A DNA stretch of 64,000 bases from Desulfurococcales archaeon. Its GTDB lineage: Archaea > Thermoproteota > Thermoprotei_A > Sulfolobales > Desulfurococcaceae. The notes beneath the pieces are model-generated. The model ran no database searches. It was not told the origin of the DNA and saw only the letters and a list, made by a program, of their open reading frames with translations. Position numbers and translations under genes: made by a program. Positions 19,668 to 28,595 of the stretch are shown in pieces (positions within the stretch are counted from its first letter, which is position 1; each line of letters begins with the position of its first letter). The stretch spans positions 16,086-80,085 of the forward strand of contig JAMOVL010000065.1 in NCBI GenBank assembly GCA_027067785.1, given 5' to 3'.

Positions 19668-20868
19668 TCATTTCTGCTAGTCTTCTAATTCCTTCTTCGA
19701 TAACATCGGGCGGCGGATAGCTGAAGCTAAGCCTCATACTGTTAGCGCCGGATCCGTCGGTGTGGAAGCTTCTGCCAGGTACATAGGCTACCTTATACTT
19801 GTCCAGCGCCACCTGCATCAGCTTCTTCGTGTCGAAGCCAGGCTTGTTTACGTATACGAATACGAAGAAGCCTCCGACAGGCTCAGTGTACCATACGTTT
19901 TCGGGGAAGTATTCTTTTATCGCTTTCAGCATAGCGTCTCTTTTCTCCTTGTATATCGGTGCGATCTTGTTGGCATGCTCTAGGATGAAATCCAACCGTA
20001 TAGCCTCGGCTACTATGTACTGGTTTAGAGTCGGTGTATGTAGGTCCATGTATTGCTTTACGAGTTCTAGTTTGCGTGTCAGCATCTTAGGTGCTGCTAT
20101 CCAGCCTATTCTTAGTCCGGGTGCAAGTATCTTGCTTATAGTGCTCATATAGATGACTCTGTCCTCGGTATCCCAGGTTTTCACCGGTCTAATATCCACT
20201 GTGTCGTCGAAGACGAAGTAGCTGTAGGGGTCGTCTTCTAGAACGAGTATGTCGTACTTGTTGGCTATTTCTATCAAGTGCTTCTTTCTCTCAGGCGGCA
20301 TAGTTGTTCCGGCGGGGTTCTGTGCCACTGGTATTGTATAGATGAACTTTATCTTCTTGCCTTCATTGACTAGTTTCTTAACCGTCTCCTCAAGAACATC
20401 TGTCCTCATACCGTTCTTATCGATCTTTATCCCGACGAGCTCTGCTCCTCTTATCTTAAAGGCGCCTAGAGCGGCTAGATATGAGGGGTTCTCTGTTATG
20501 ACTACGTCTCCAGGGTCTATCAGTGCTCTAGCTATAAGGTCTAGTCCCTGCTGGCTACCGGTCGTTATAATTATGTTTTCAGCATCAGCAACTATTCCTC
20601 TCGCTTTGTATAGGAACTCCGACAACATCTCGCGTACTTCTAGTATTCCCTTGGTCTCGCTGTATTGTAGGGCGTAAGCACCTTTATTCTTGATTATATC
20701 GTAAGTTATCTTTGCAAGGTAATCAGTAGGGAAAGTACGGGGATCGGGAACTCCTCCGGCGAGGCTGATGACGTCTTGTCTCTGCTTAATGATTGCGAGG
20801 AGTTCCCTGATCTCAGAGGCTTGGATAGATTTAGCCACGCGGCTATAGAACTTCTCATAATGATCCAA
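19654..20868 (-). CDS. class I/II PLP-dependent aminotransferase (LysN/ARO8-like)
   Basis: LAGGVPDP..FP, QYSETKGI, VLEDDPYSYF, and STISKILAPGLRIGW with the PLP lysine in the SxSK context. Confidence 0.85.
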   Translation of the reverse strand: MDHYEKFYSRVAKSIQASEIRELLAIIKQRQDVISLAGGVPDPRTFPTDYLAKITYDIIKNKGAYALQYSETKGILEVREMLSEFLYKARGIVADAENIIITTGSQQGLDLIARALIDPGDVVITENPSYLAALGAFKIRGAELVGIKIDKNGMRTDVLEETVKKLVNEGKKIKFIYTIPVAQNPAGTTMPPERKKHLIEIANKYDILVLEDDPYSYFVFDDTVDIRPVKTWDTEDRVIYMSTISKILAPGLRIGWIAAPKMLTRKLELVKQYMDLHTPTLNQYIVAEAIRLDFILEHANKIAPIYKEKRDAMLKAIKEYFPENVWYTEPVGGFFVFVYVNKPGFDTKKLMQVALDKYKVAYVPGRSFHTDGSGANSMRLSFSYPPPDVIEEGIRRLAEMIRNE

Positions 20869-20939
20869 AGCCTTCCACCGATTATAATATATCCGAGTCC
20901 ATGCAATTCATAAACTTATCGTACATAGGGGAGGCATGA

Positions 20940-22505
20940 ATGGAATTCAATCTAGTACTTAAAAAATTTAGGGCTGGCATGACGAGAATAGCCTACCTAT
21001 ATCCTTCCACATATGAGGCTATGCTTTCCAGTCTCCCAACACACATGATCTATTATCTAGCAAATAGTATAGACGAAGTTATCCTGGAGCGCTTCCACAT
21101 CCATAGGTTTCAGAGCGAAGAACCTCCACCGAGAAGCATTGAAACAGGCACTCCGCTCGACAAGTTTGACCTCATCATAACGAGCCTACATTACGAATTA
21201 TCAGTAATCGATCTATTAAGATGCTTAATAGCCGCGGGCATAGATCCGAGGAAAGACAGGAGGAAACAAGTAATTATAGCTGGCGGACCTGTCTCGATAT
21301 CCAATCCTATTCCTTATTCTGATTTTATCGATGCATTCATCATAGGAGAGATCGAGAATACAATACCACGCCTCATACATGACTGGGTTGAGACTAAAGA
21401 CAAGAAACAGTACCTGGAAAAAATATCTTCATACAGTGATGTATATGTTCCCGGCTATAACGATGGAGCTAGGAGATCTTATGTTGAGAGCCTAGATAAT
21501 GCCTTCTATCCTATTAGACAGATACAAAATGATGAGATCGAACCCGTCTATGGACGTGGTTTTTTACTTGAGACTAGCCGGGGATGTAGGTACTGGTGTA
21601 GATTCTGTATGGAGGGCAGGCTTTTCAAACCTTATCGTGTCAGAAGTTTCAATTTGTTAAAGAATCTTGTTGATAATGGGATAAGGCTTAACCGTGTTAA
21701 CAGGGTTATTACTTATTCGTTGTGTTTTCTGGGTAGTATTCATGAGAAAAGATTGTTAGAATACTTTGTTGAACAAGGGATTTCAGCCGTTATTCCAAGC
21801 CTGAGGATAGATCATATAGATAATGATGTACTTGAGCTAATCCGTATGCTTGGGCAGAGAACAATCACTGTAGCTCCTGAGTCGTTTCTAAATATGAAGA
21901 ACTGTGTGTTTGGTAAATATTGTGGTAAAGACCTACTTAGTAGTCTCGAACAAATTCTTGAGAAAGGCTTTGATCTTAAAATATATATGATAGTGGGCGT
22001 TAAGGGTATTGCAGAGAAGGAAGTTGAAGAAGCACTGCTGGTTGAAAGACTAGCTCGTAGAGCTAGGAGTATGGGAAGGAAGGTCGTTATCAGCGTTAAC
22101 CCGCTAATACCTAAGCCTAGGACACCGTTTCAATGGATAGGTATGCTTAGAACGGAAAGAATAAGATCTTTGATCAAGGCTTTAAAGAGTAGGTTGAGAA
22201 AGTATGCTGATTTTAGAGACTATGATATTAGATGGGCTGTGATGCAGGCCGCTATATCCCTTGCTGATAAGAACATATCGAAGACTCTTCTGGAAACAGC
22301 ATTGCAGGGTGGAGGATTGTCGGGGTGGAGGCGTGCGTTGAGAAGTACTGGCTTCAATATAGAGTATGTCTTTAGTGGTTACGATCCAGATGAAGAGCTC
22401 CCATGGTCTAAGATACTGATCGATGAGGGCCATGAAAGGCTTGTAAGGGGGGAATACGAGTTGTTGTTATCCCTATTAGGAGAAGCCCTTAGCGATCATG
22501 GCTAG
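20940..22505 (+). CDS. radical SAM protein with an N-terminal B12-binding-like domain
   Basis: ETSRGCRYWCRFCMEG is the CxxxCxxC cluster motif. The N-terminal ~190 aa resemble the B12-binding/TIM-barrel radical SAM architecture. 521 aa. Confidence 0.8.
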   Translation: MEFNLVLKKFRAGMTRIAYLYPSTYEAMLSSLPTHMIYYLANSIDEVILERFHIHRFQSEEPPPRSIETGTPLDKFDLIITSLHYELSVIDLLRCLIAAGIDPRKDRRKQVIIAGGPVSISNPIPYSDFIDAFIIGEIENTIPRLIHDWVETKDKKQYLEKISSYSDVYVPGYNDGARRSYVESLDNAFYPIRQIQNDEIEPVYGRGFLLETSRGCRYWCRFCMEGRLFKPYRVRSFNLLKNLVDNGIRLNRVNRVITYSLCFLGSIHEKRLLEYFVEQGISAVIPSLRIDHIDNDVLELIRMLGQRTITVAPESFLNMKNCVFGKYCGKDLLSSLEQILEKGFDLKIYMIVGVKGIAEKEVEEALLVERLARRARSMGRKVVISVNPLIPKPRTPFQWIGMLRTERIRSLIKALKSRLRKYADFRDYDIRWAVMQAAISLADKNISKTLLETALQGGGLSGWRRALRSTGFNIEYVFSGYDPDEELPWSKILIDEGHERLVRGEYELLLSLLGEALSDHG

Positions 22506-23555
22506 TTCTCCTATGTATGATATTAGTGCTAGTGATGATGCGAGCTCGCCGACTATTAGCGGGTTTATTTTACCACCGTTTATAACGCTGTATAGTTCTC
22601 TATTCATAATTGTTTGTTCCGCTTCTGAAATCGTATAGGGTAGAGCTACACGTATGTCTAATCCCAGCTTTAATCCTCTGAACCCGCTAATCAGAAAATA
22701 TCTTCTGATCTCACTTCTCAAAGCATACTCGGGCTTTATACCTATTGATAAATAGAATGATGTTAGTACTCCTAGTGTAACGGGTATTATCGAGTTGTCT
22801 ATGCCTCTCATGTTCTCTATGGCGTTATAGGTTTTCACTATCTCTGACTGGCCTATCCCTACAGATGAAAGTGTTAGTCTAGGTATAAATATCAATAATT
22901 TATAGTCAAGTGTGATATAGGGTGCTAGTATCGGTACCCTGGTCTCACCTATAGTCTTTACTAGTTCGTTGATATCGCCACTGGTAATCATTGATTTTAT
23001 TGCTTGGCAAGGCGCGGATTCTCCTATAAGGATTGTTTCAACGATTCCTCCTGATTCTCTACCGTAACAGAGTATGTGTAGTTTCTTGTTCTTAGATTTT
23101 AGAATGGACTCTATTTCTTCGCATTTTTCTTCTTTACTTATATTGAATAATCTTATCCAGCATTTATCGGTCTTGATACTGATTTTCGTGTTGCGACAGA
23201 TCGTTACTCCTAAGTCCATGGTCTCCATTAGTGCTGGATAAATAGATGATAATGGAACATATTTTTCTCCTCTAACAGTTTCACCCTCTAGTTCTATAGG
23301 CCCTATGATCGTTACCGGGACCTGTATAGCTCCAACGGGTCTGTAGGATATTCTCCCCTCTGTATCGACGAAATCGAGTATCGAGGAACCAGTAGCTGCG
23401 AGTGATATGCCTAGTTTTTTCTCAAAAAACTTTCTTCTAACTAGGGCGGCGAGGTTCTCGTTGTCGAGTTTTTCCTCTAGCTCTCTGAGAGCCTCGTCGG
23501 ATTCTCCTATTTCACTGAATATTTTCTGTATATCTTCATTGTTCCTTTGTCCCAA
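22476..23555 (-). CDS. HMG-CoA reductase-like protein, apparently degenerate (catalytic motifs not recognisable)
   Basis: VRRKFFEKKLGISL...RPVGAIQVPVTIIGPIELEGE...GEKYVPLSSIYPALMET parallels class I HMGR (RR.FLE..L...ENxIGxxxxPxGxAGPLxxxG...PxATTEGxLVAS). The ATTEG Glu and the DAMGMN motif are not recognisable, and GTVGGGT is reduced to SVINGGKI. The C-terminal GELASSLALISYIGELAMIAKG resembles the HMGR C-terminal helix. It overlaps the DUF35 gene by 20 nt. Confidence 0.55.
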   Translation of the reverse strand: MGQRNNEDIQKIFSEIGESDEALRELEEKLDNENLAALVRRKFFEKKLGISLAATGSSILDFVDTEGRISYRPVGAIQVPVTIIGPIELEGETVRGEKYVPLSSIYPALMETMDLGVTICRNTKISIKTDKCWIRLFNISKEEKCEEIESILKSKNKKLHILCYGRESGGIVETILIGESAPCQAIKSMITSGDINELVKTIGETRVPILAPYITLDYKLLIFIPRLTLSSVGIGQSEIVKTYNAIENMRGIDNSIIPVTLGVLTSFYLSIGIKPEYALRSEIRRYFLISGFRGLKLGLDIRVALPYTISEAEQTIMNRELYSVINGGKINPLIVGELASSLALISYIGELAMIAKGFS

Positions 23556-23964
23556 TTGATCCTATCACCGGTCTGTAAGCTATTGCGTAGTGAATCAGTC
23601 CTGCTTCGCGGTCTTCTTTTATTCTTCTGAGAACTGGCTCAACTATCATTCCTTCTTTTATTTCTTCTGGGAGGATATCGGTGAGGGGTGCTATGATATG
23701 CGTTTTTGTCTCTAGTGTTTCGAGCATTGCTATTATTCTGGGCCGTTGTTCTTCAAAGCCTTCTGGTGCTGGGTAGATTATTGTCCACGAGATCACTTTT
23801 GCTTTCTCGTTTTCAAGATAGTAGTCTTCTAGCTCATTTGATCCACAGTATCTACAGATATTTGATGGCGGGTAGTTTATACGGCCGCATTTAAGGCATT
23901 TCTTAGCGTAGAGTCTGTAGTGGCTGTGTCTTTCTCTCCAGTATCTGGGGATAGAGAACCTCAT
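23536..23964 (-). CDS. DUF35 OB-fold/zinc-ribbon protein (scaffold of the archaeal thiolase/HMGCS complex)
   Basis: CLKCGRINYPPSNICRYCGS zinc ribbon followed by an OB-fold-sized C-terminus. 142 aa. It sits immediately downstream of HMGCS. Confidence 0.8.
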   Translation of the reverse strand: MRFSIPRYWRERHSHYRLYAKKCLKCGRINYPPSNICRYCGSNELEDYYLENEKAKVISWTIIYPAPEGFEEQRPRIIAMLETLETKTHIIAPLTDILPEEIKEGMIVEPVLRRIKEDREAGLIHYAIAYRPVIGSIGTKEQ

Positions 23965-23970
23965 ATGGTC

Positions 23971-25029
23971 TCACCTTATACGCGTGATTATTCCTCTGAA
24001 CTTCGCGTAGGTGGCGTAATCAATCATGCATTTCCTGTTGATGTAATCGTCTACTTTTGGTGCTTTATCCTGTCTCTCAATGATTTTGTCAGTGACAACT
24101 ATGCTGTATGCATCGCTACCCGCACCGCTACCAAATGGTGCCAGAAGTATTCTCTGTCCTGGCTTCGCTATATCAAGGACCCTTGATAAGCCTATAAGTG
24201 CTGATGAGTTGTAGCTGTTGCCTATATACGGTGTTACTAGGCCCGGCAATACTTTTTCCTTGGGGAACCCGAGTCTTTTAGCTACTGCTAGTGGGAACTT
24301 ACCGTTTGGCTGGTGGAATACTGCGTAGTCGAAATCTGATACACGTAGCCCTGTCTGTTCGAGTAAGCCTTTAACTGCATTGATTATATGGTGGAAGTAT
24401 GCTGGTTCACCAGTGAATCCTTCGCCATGCAGTGGGTATGGCTGGTGTGCTCTACGCCAGAAATCAGGCGTGTCTGTTACGTAGGTGTAGCTTGCCTCGA
24501 ACACTGCGGCTGCTTCTCTGGCAGGGCCCGTTATGAGGGCTGTGGCGGCTGATGATGCCGTGAACTCTAGTACATCTCCCGGGTTTGCCTGTGCAGTATC
24601 GCTACCAATAACTAATGCATACTTTACAAGGCCTGAAGCTACCGCTCCTATGCTTATCCTTAGTGCTTCGCTCCCAGCTCTACAAGCGAATTCTAGGTCT
24701 GTAGCCATCGTATCTGGCGTTATGCCTAGGGCTTCAGCTATTATTGTCGCTGAAGGTTTTACAGCGTAAGGTTTTGACTCTGTACCGAACCATACTGCTC
24801 CTATTTCTTTCGGGTCTATTCCCGCTCTTAGGAGCGCATTGCGGGCCGCTTCCCAGCCCATTGTGACTGCGTCCTCGTCTCTCCCGGCAACGGCTTTCTC
24901 TATTACATTTAGGCCTCGCGGCGTTTCAGGAGCGAAGCCCCATAGCCTCGCGATCTCGGAGAGCGATAAACGCCAGCGCGGGATATAGGAGCCCCAACCA
25001 ATTATTCCTACACTCGGATCGGGACGCAA
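23971..25029 (-). CDS. archaeal hydroxymethylglutaryl-CoA synthase
   Basis: [14 protein letters not shown]...[23 protein letters not shown]...[21 protein letters not shown]...[13 protein letters not shown]...[11 protein letters not shown] matches the archaeal HMGCS pattern, including the active-site Cys context. 352 aa. Confidence 0.85.
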   Translation of the reverse strand: MRPDPSVGIIGWGSYIPRWRLSLSEIARLWGFAPETPRGLNVIEKAVAGRDEDAVTMGWEAARNALLRAGIDPKEIGAVWFGTESKPYAVKPSATIIAEALGITPDTMATDLEFACRAGSEALRISIGAVASGLVKYALVIGSDTAQANPGDVLEFTASSAATALITGPAREAAAVFEASYTYVTDTPDFWRRAHQPYPLHGEGFTGEPAYFHHIINAVKGLLEQTGLRVSDFDYAVFHQPNGKFPLAVAKRLGFPKEKVLPGLVTPYIGNSYNSSALIGLSRVLDIAKPGQRILLAPFGSGAGSDAYSIVVTDKIIERQDKAPKVDDYINRKCMIDYATYAKFRGIITRIR

Positions 25030-25126
25030 AACAGTTTCACCCTCTAGCTCAAGTCCTAGAATATCTTTTGAGAGTGTAAAAAATCGATTCTATGTTTTTG
25101 TAGCGATAAAATAAAGATGTTCTTCT

Positions 25127-26707
25127 TTACCTTGTCCTCAGCCTTGGCTCAACAATTCTCTCTAATGCCATTCCTATCAATACGAATGTCAAACTAGTTA
25201 TTGCTATGAGAAGTCCCGGCGGTATGATCCACCACCAATCAGTTATTGCCGCATTTGCTCTCGCGTTTGCGAGTATTGTTCCCCATGAGGGGAAGTTCTG
25301 TATTATTCCCAGCACAGCTAGTCCTGCGACTGTAAGTATCGCTGCCGGCACCGAGAATACCATGCTAGCTACAGCATACGGTATAACCTGTGGTATTATA
25401 TGTAGGAATATAATGCGTTTATTACTTGCACCCAGACATTTCGCTGCCTCAACATATTGTTCTCCTTTTATTGAGAGCGTCATTGATCTTATGACTATTG
25501 TTAATCCTCCCCATGAAAATATTACTATCGTCAACAAGATTACCCAGATGACAAGAACAGGGTTGTTCGCATATATCTGCCTGGCGATCTCACCAATTAT
25601 AATAAGAATTGGTAGAAGCGGAATATTACCCATTACGTCTACAGTTCTTTGTATGAACTCATCAACGAGACCTCCGTAGTAGCCGCTGATAGCGCCAACA
25701 ATCACTCCGATTAATGTATCAAGGAATGCTACAACGAGTCCTATAGATAATGCTACGGGGAATCCATAGTAGAGGCCAAGTGCTAGGTCTCTACCATTGG
25801 AATCGGTGCCCATTAAGCCATATACAGATCCTTTCACTACTATTTTGATGCTATCAACTGGTGGTGCTGCCAGCTGTACAGGGAAGCTCGGTAGTGTTAC
25901 AAAATATATTGAGAACGTATAACTGCCTTCCAGCGGTTCGAATGTTACGTTAGATGCTGATCCACTGATCGATACTGGTTTTCCAAAAACTATGTTTGAT
26001 ATCTTGTATACATTACCCATTCCAGTTGCTAGGTTAACGGTTACATTGTATAATTTTTTGAATTCTTCCTGTACCTGATCAGCATTAAGCACATTTGTAG
26101 GCGATATGTAGAGCGGCTGAGTGACATATATGTATGCTGCTCCCGATATGTTTTGCTGGAATAATATAGATGGTGCTCCATTGTATAATACCATCTTTAT
26201 ACCGTCAGGTCTTGTTACAGTGATTATTATTGTTGGTGCTTTATATCTTTCTCCTGTATTGATGTTATATGCTTTATACCTATCCAGCAGTTTGATTTTA
26301 CTTATTTCGAACAAGAGACCTGTTGGGAATACCTTGGATTTTAGATTATAGTTTGTAGTATAGTATAGCACAGGTACAGTATAGTATTTGGTTATTGTCA
26401 TGTTCACCGAGTATTGCGAGCCAGGTATCGTATGTTCATACTGAAATACAGCAGGTACGCCGAGATACGCAATCCATGCGGGTGGTACTAGTTTAGGGTT
26501 CTCTTGCCATGCTTTTAGATTATTCCATAGGGCGGGAAAATTGGGAGGTAATACTATAATCGCTGAGATCGCTATAGATACTAGCACTATTAGCATGATT
26601 ATTCCTACTTTTCCCGTACCATATCTCCATACCTCTTTAAATCCCTCCTTAAGAGCTGCAAGACCTAATCTTTTTGATATTTTTTCCATACCAGTCTTTT
26701 TGCTCAT
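25127..26707 (-). CDS. ABC peptide/oligosaccharide transporter permease (DppC/OppC-like) with a large extracytoplasmic insert
   Basis: The C-terminal half has the EAA loop EAAKCLGASNKRIIFLHIIPQ and 5 TM segments. About 230 extra residues follow TM1. Confidence 0.85.
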   Translation of the reverse strand: MSKKTGMEKISKRLGLAALKEGFKEVWRYGTGKVGIIMLIVLVSIAISAIIVLPPNFPALWNNLKAWQENPKLVPPAWIAYLGVPAVFQYEHTIPGSQYSVNMTITKYYTVPVLYYTTNYNLKSKVFPTGLLFEISKIKLLDRYKAYNINTGERYKAPTIIITVTRPDGIKMVLYNGAPSILFQQNISGAAYIYVTQPLYISPTNVLNADQVQEEFKKLYNVTVNLATGMGNVYKISNIVFGKPVSISGSASNVTFEPLEGSYTFSIYFVTLPSFPVQLAAPPVDSIKIVVKGSVYGLMGTDSNGRDLALGLYYGFPVALSIGLVVAFLDTLIGVIVGAISGYYGGLVDEFIQRTVDVMGNIPLLPILIIIGEIARQIYANNPVLVIWVILLTIVIFSWGGLTIVIRSMTLSIKGEQYVEAAKCLGASNKRIIFLHIIPQVIPYAVASMVFSVPAAILTVAGLAVLGIIQNFPSWGTILANARANAAITDWWWIIPPGLLIAITSLTFVLIGMALERIVEPRLRTR

Positions 26708-28365
26708 TAATACCTCACCCTAGGGTCTAAGTATACATATAATACCTCGAGAACGAACCTAGCGATAATATATACGAGCGTTAACACATAGGTCAGACCA
26801 AGTATTGTAGGTACATCTCCAGCCTGTATTGCAGCGTAATAGAGGGATCCCATTCCGGGATAATTGAATACTGATTCTGTAATTATCATTCCGCCGAGAG
26901 AGCCCGCTAATGCTAGGATTACGTAGGTCACTATAGGTGGTGCTGCCACTCGTATAATGTATTTTTTAATTATGTCGCGCTCAGGTAGTCCTTTTGCTTT
27001 AGCAACCATTACATAGTCCTCGCGCACTATTCTTAATACAACTGCTCTCACGCTATATAGCCACGAACCCAAGAATGTTATAACTATAGTTATTATAGGT
27101 AGTGCAGCGTAATATAGTATCATTGCTAGATGATACGGAGGATTCTGCCAGAAATGATTAATGTGATCGATAATCGGCATCGCGGTGGGCGGAAATATTG
27201 GTATCATGTAAGCGAATAGCAGTATAAATACCATTCCAAGCCACCATACTGGTATAGCATTGAAAAGTGCTGCATAGCTTACTACTAATCTATCCATTAG
27301 TGTCCCATAGTGATATGCTATTTTCGGCGCTAATGGTATTGCTATAGCAAAGCATATTATCTCTGCGATTGTGAGCATAACTATTGTTCTTGGTAGACAT
27401 GCAAGTATTACCGCCGAGACAGGGGCAGGGGCTGGTATACCAGCCACGTTCGTTACTTCGGCCTGTTTTGTTATTCCAAGATCAAATGTTAGTGTTCTCC
27501 ACACTAATGGCAACACTCTCTCATACCATGGCTTGTTTAGACCATACAGTTCCTCTAGCTTTGCACGATACTGGGATATCAGTTGTGAAATCATAACACA
27601 GTTTTCAGGCGGTGGTATCCTTATAGCGATCTCATCTGCTGGTTTGGCAATCTTAGCGCCAGCAGGATATATGAACTTTATTGTAAATTCATACTTGCCC
27701 ACCAACGGTTTCAAAGTAATTTGAGTGCCGTTCCTGTATGGTTCGCCATACAAATACGTTACTACCTGACTAGAGGATACCTTTACTTCTCCGTATTTCG
27801 CCGACAAAGCACTTGTTAATTCTTTGGCTAGAAAAGTATTGTTCAGCCGGAGTTTTATGGGCATAATGACGATTAGTCTTCCATTGATCTTTGTCGCATT
27901 AGTTACTTCCGGCGCTCCCCTATAGAGAGTTACTGTGACACCATCAGGTCTTTTAATCGTAACAATTATTTCGGGTACGGCAAGTTTATTATTTATTTTA
28001 TAGATTGTAAGATTCATGATCGTTATATCAGGCATGCCTGGAGGACTATTTATACTTTTAAAGTTCAGAGAAGGATTCGAGAGATCCAGCGTGATTGTTG
28101 TTGTAAACATAGAGCTATTTATTGCTTGGAAATTACTGGTAGCAGAACCAATCGGCTCACCTAATGCTTGACAATACTGGTTTCCATGTGCTTTCATAAG
28201 TAGAGCTTTTGTGTATGCGTTAACTTTCTGGTTGATTATTGCTTTCCATACGCCTTCAGCATAACCTGTTGCCTCCATTATTATGCCAGTGAGAAGGACT
28301 ATAAGAATTAGGGCAATGGTAAGTGCTACTGCTCTCCTAGCGAGTATAACACCCACACCTGCCAA
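26707..28365 (-). CDS. ABC peptide/oligosaccharide transporter permease (DppB/OppB-like) with a large extracytoplasmic insert
   Basis: AKAKGLPERDIIKKYIIRVAAPP EAA loop and typical TM pattern. About 220 extra residues follow TM1. The stop overlaps the start of the next permease gene. Confidence 0.85.
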   Translation of the reverse strand: MAGVGVILARRAVALTIALILIVLLTGIIMEATGYAEGVWKAIINQKVNAYTKALLMKAHGNQYCQALGEPIGSATSNFQAINSSMFTTTITLDLSNPSLNFKSINSPPGMPDITIMNLTIYKINNKLAVPEIIVTIKRPDGVTVTLYRGAPEVTNATKINGRLIVIMPIKLRLNNTFLAKELTSALSAKYGEVKVSSSQVVTYLYGEPYRNGTQITLKPLVGKYEFTIKFIYPAGAKIAKPADEIAIRIPPPENCVMISQLISQYRAKLEELYGLNKPWYERVLPLVWRTLTFDLGITKQAEVTNVAGIPAPAPVSAVILACLPRTIVMLTIAEIICFAIAIPLAPKIAYHYGTLMDRLVVSYAALFNAIPVWWLGMVFILLFAYMIPIFPPTAMPIIDHINHFWQNPPYHLAMILYYAALPIITIVITFLGSWLYSVRAVVLRIVREDYVMVAKAKGLPERDIIKKYIIRVAAPPIVTYVILALAGSLGGMIITESVFNYPGMGSLYYAAIQAGDVPTILGLTYVLTLVYIIARFVLEVLYVYLDPRVRY

Positions 28366-28595
28366 GCCCTACTGCACCTCCAGAGCTATGTAATGTGTAG
28401 GTCATCAGACGGATTAATCTCTTGCTGATACTGGAAGAGATTGATTTCCAATGCTTATTCAATTCTATTAATAATATAAAAACTTATCAGGTTCAGTGTC
28501 ATTAATACTACAACATAGAATCTAATCATGTATTAAGTGCAGGAAAAAACAATTTTTGATTCTTAATTAAGCTAAAAAAGAAGATGATTCTTTCC

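Noticed and set aside
28366-28595. A CUGAUGA box on the minus strand (around 28413-28419) as a further C/D sRNA.
   Set aside because: No D box (CUGA) within 70 nt downstream, and no C'/D' pair.
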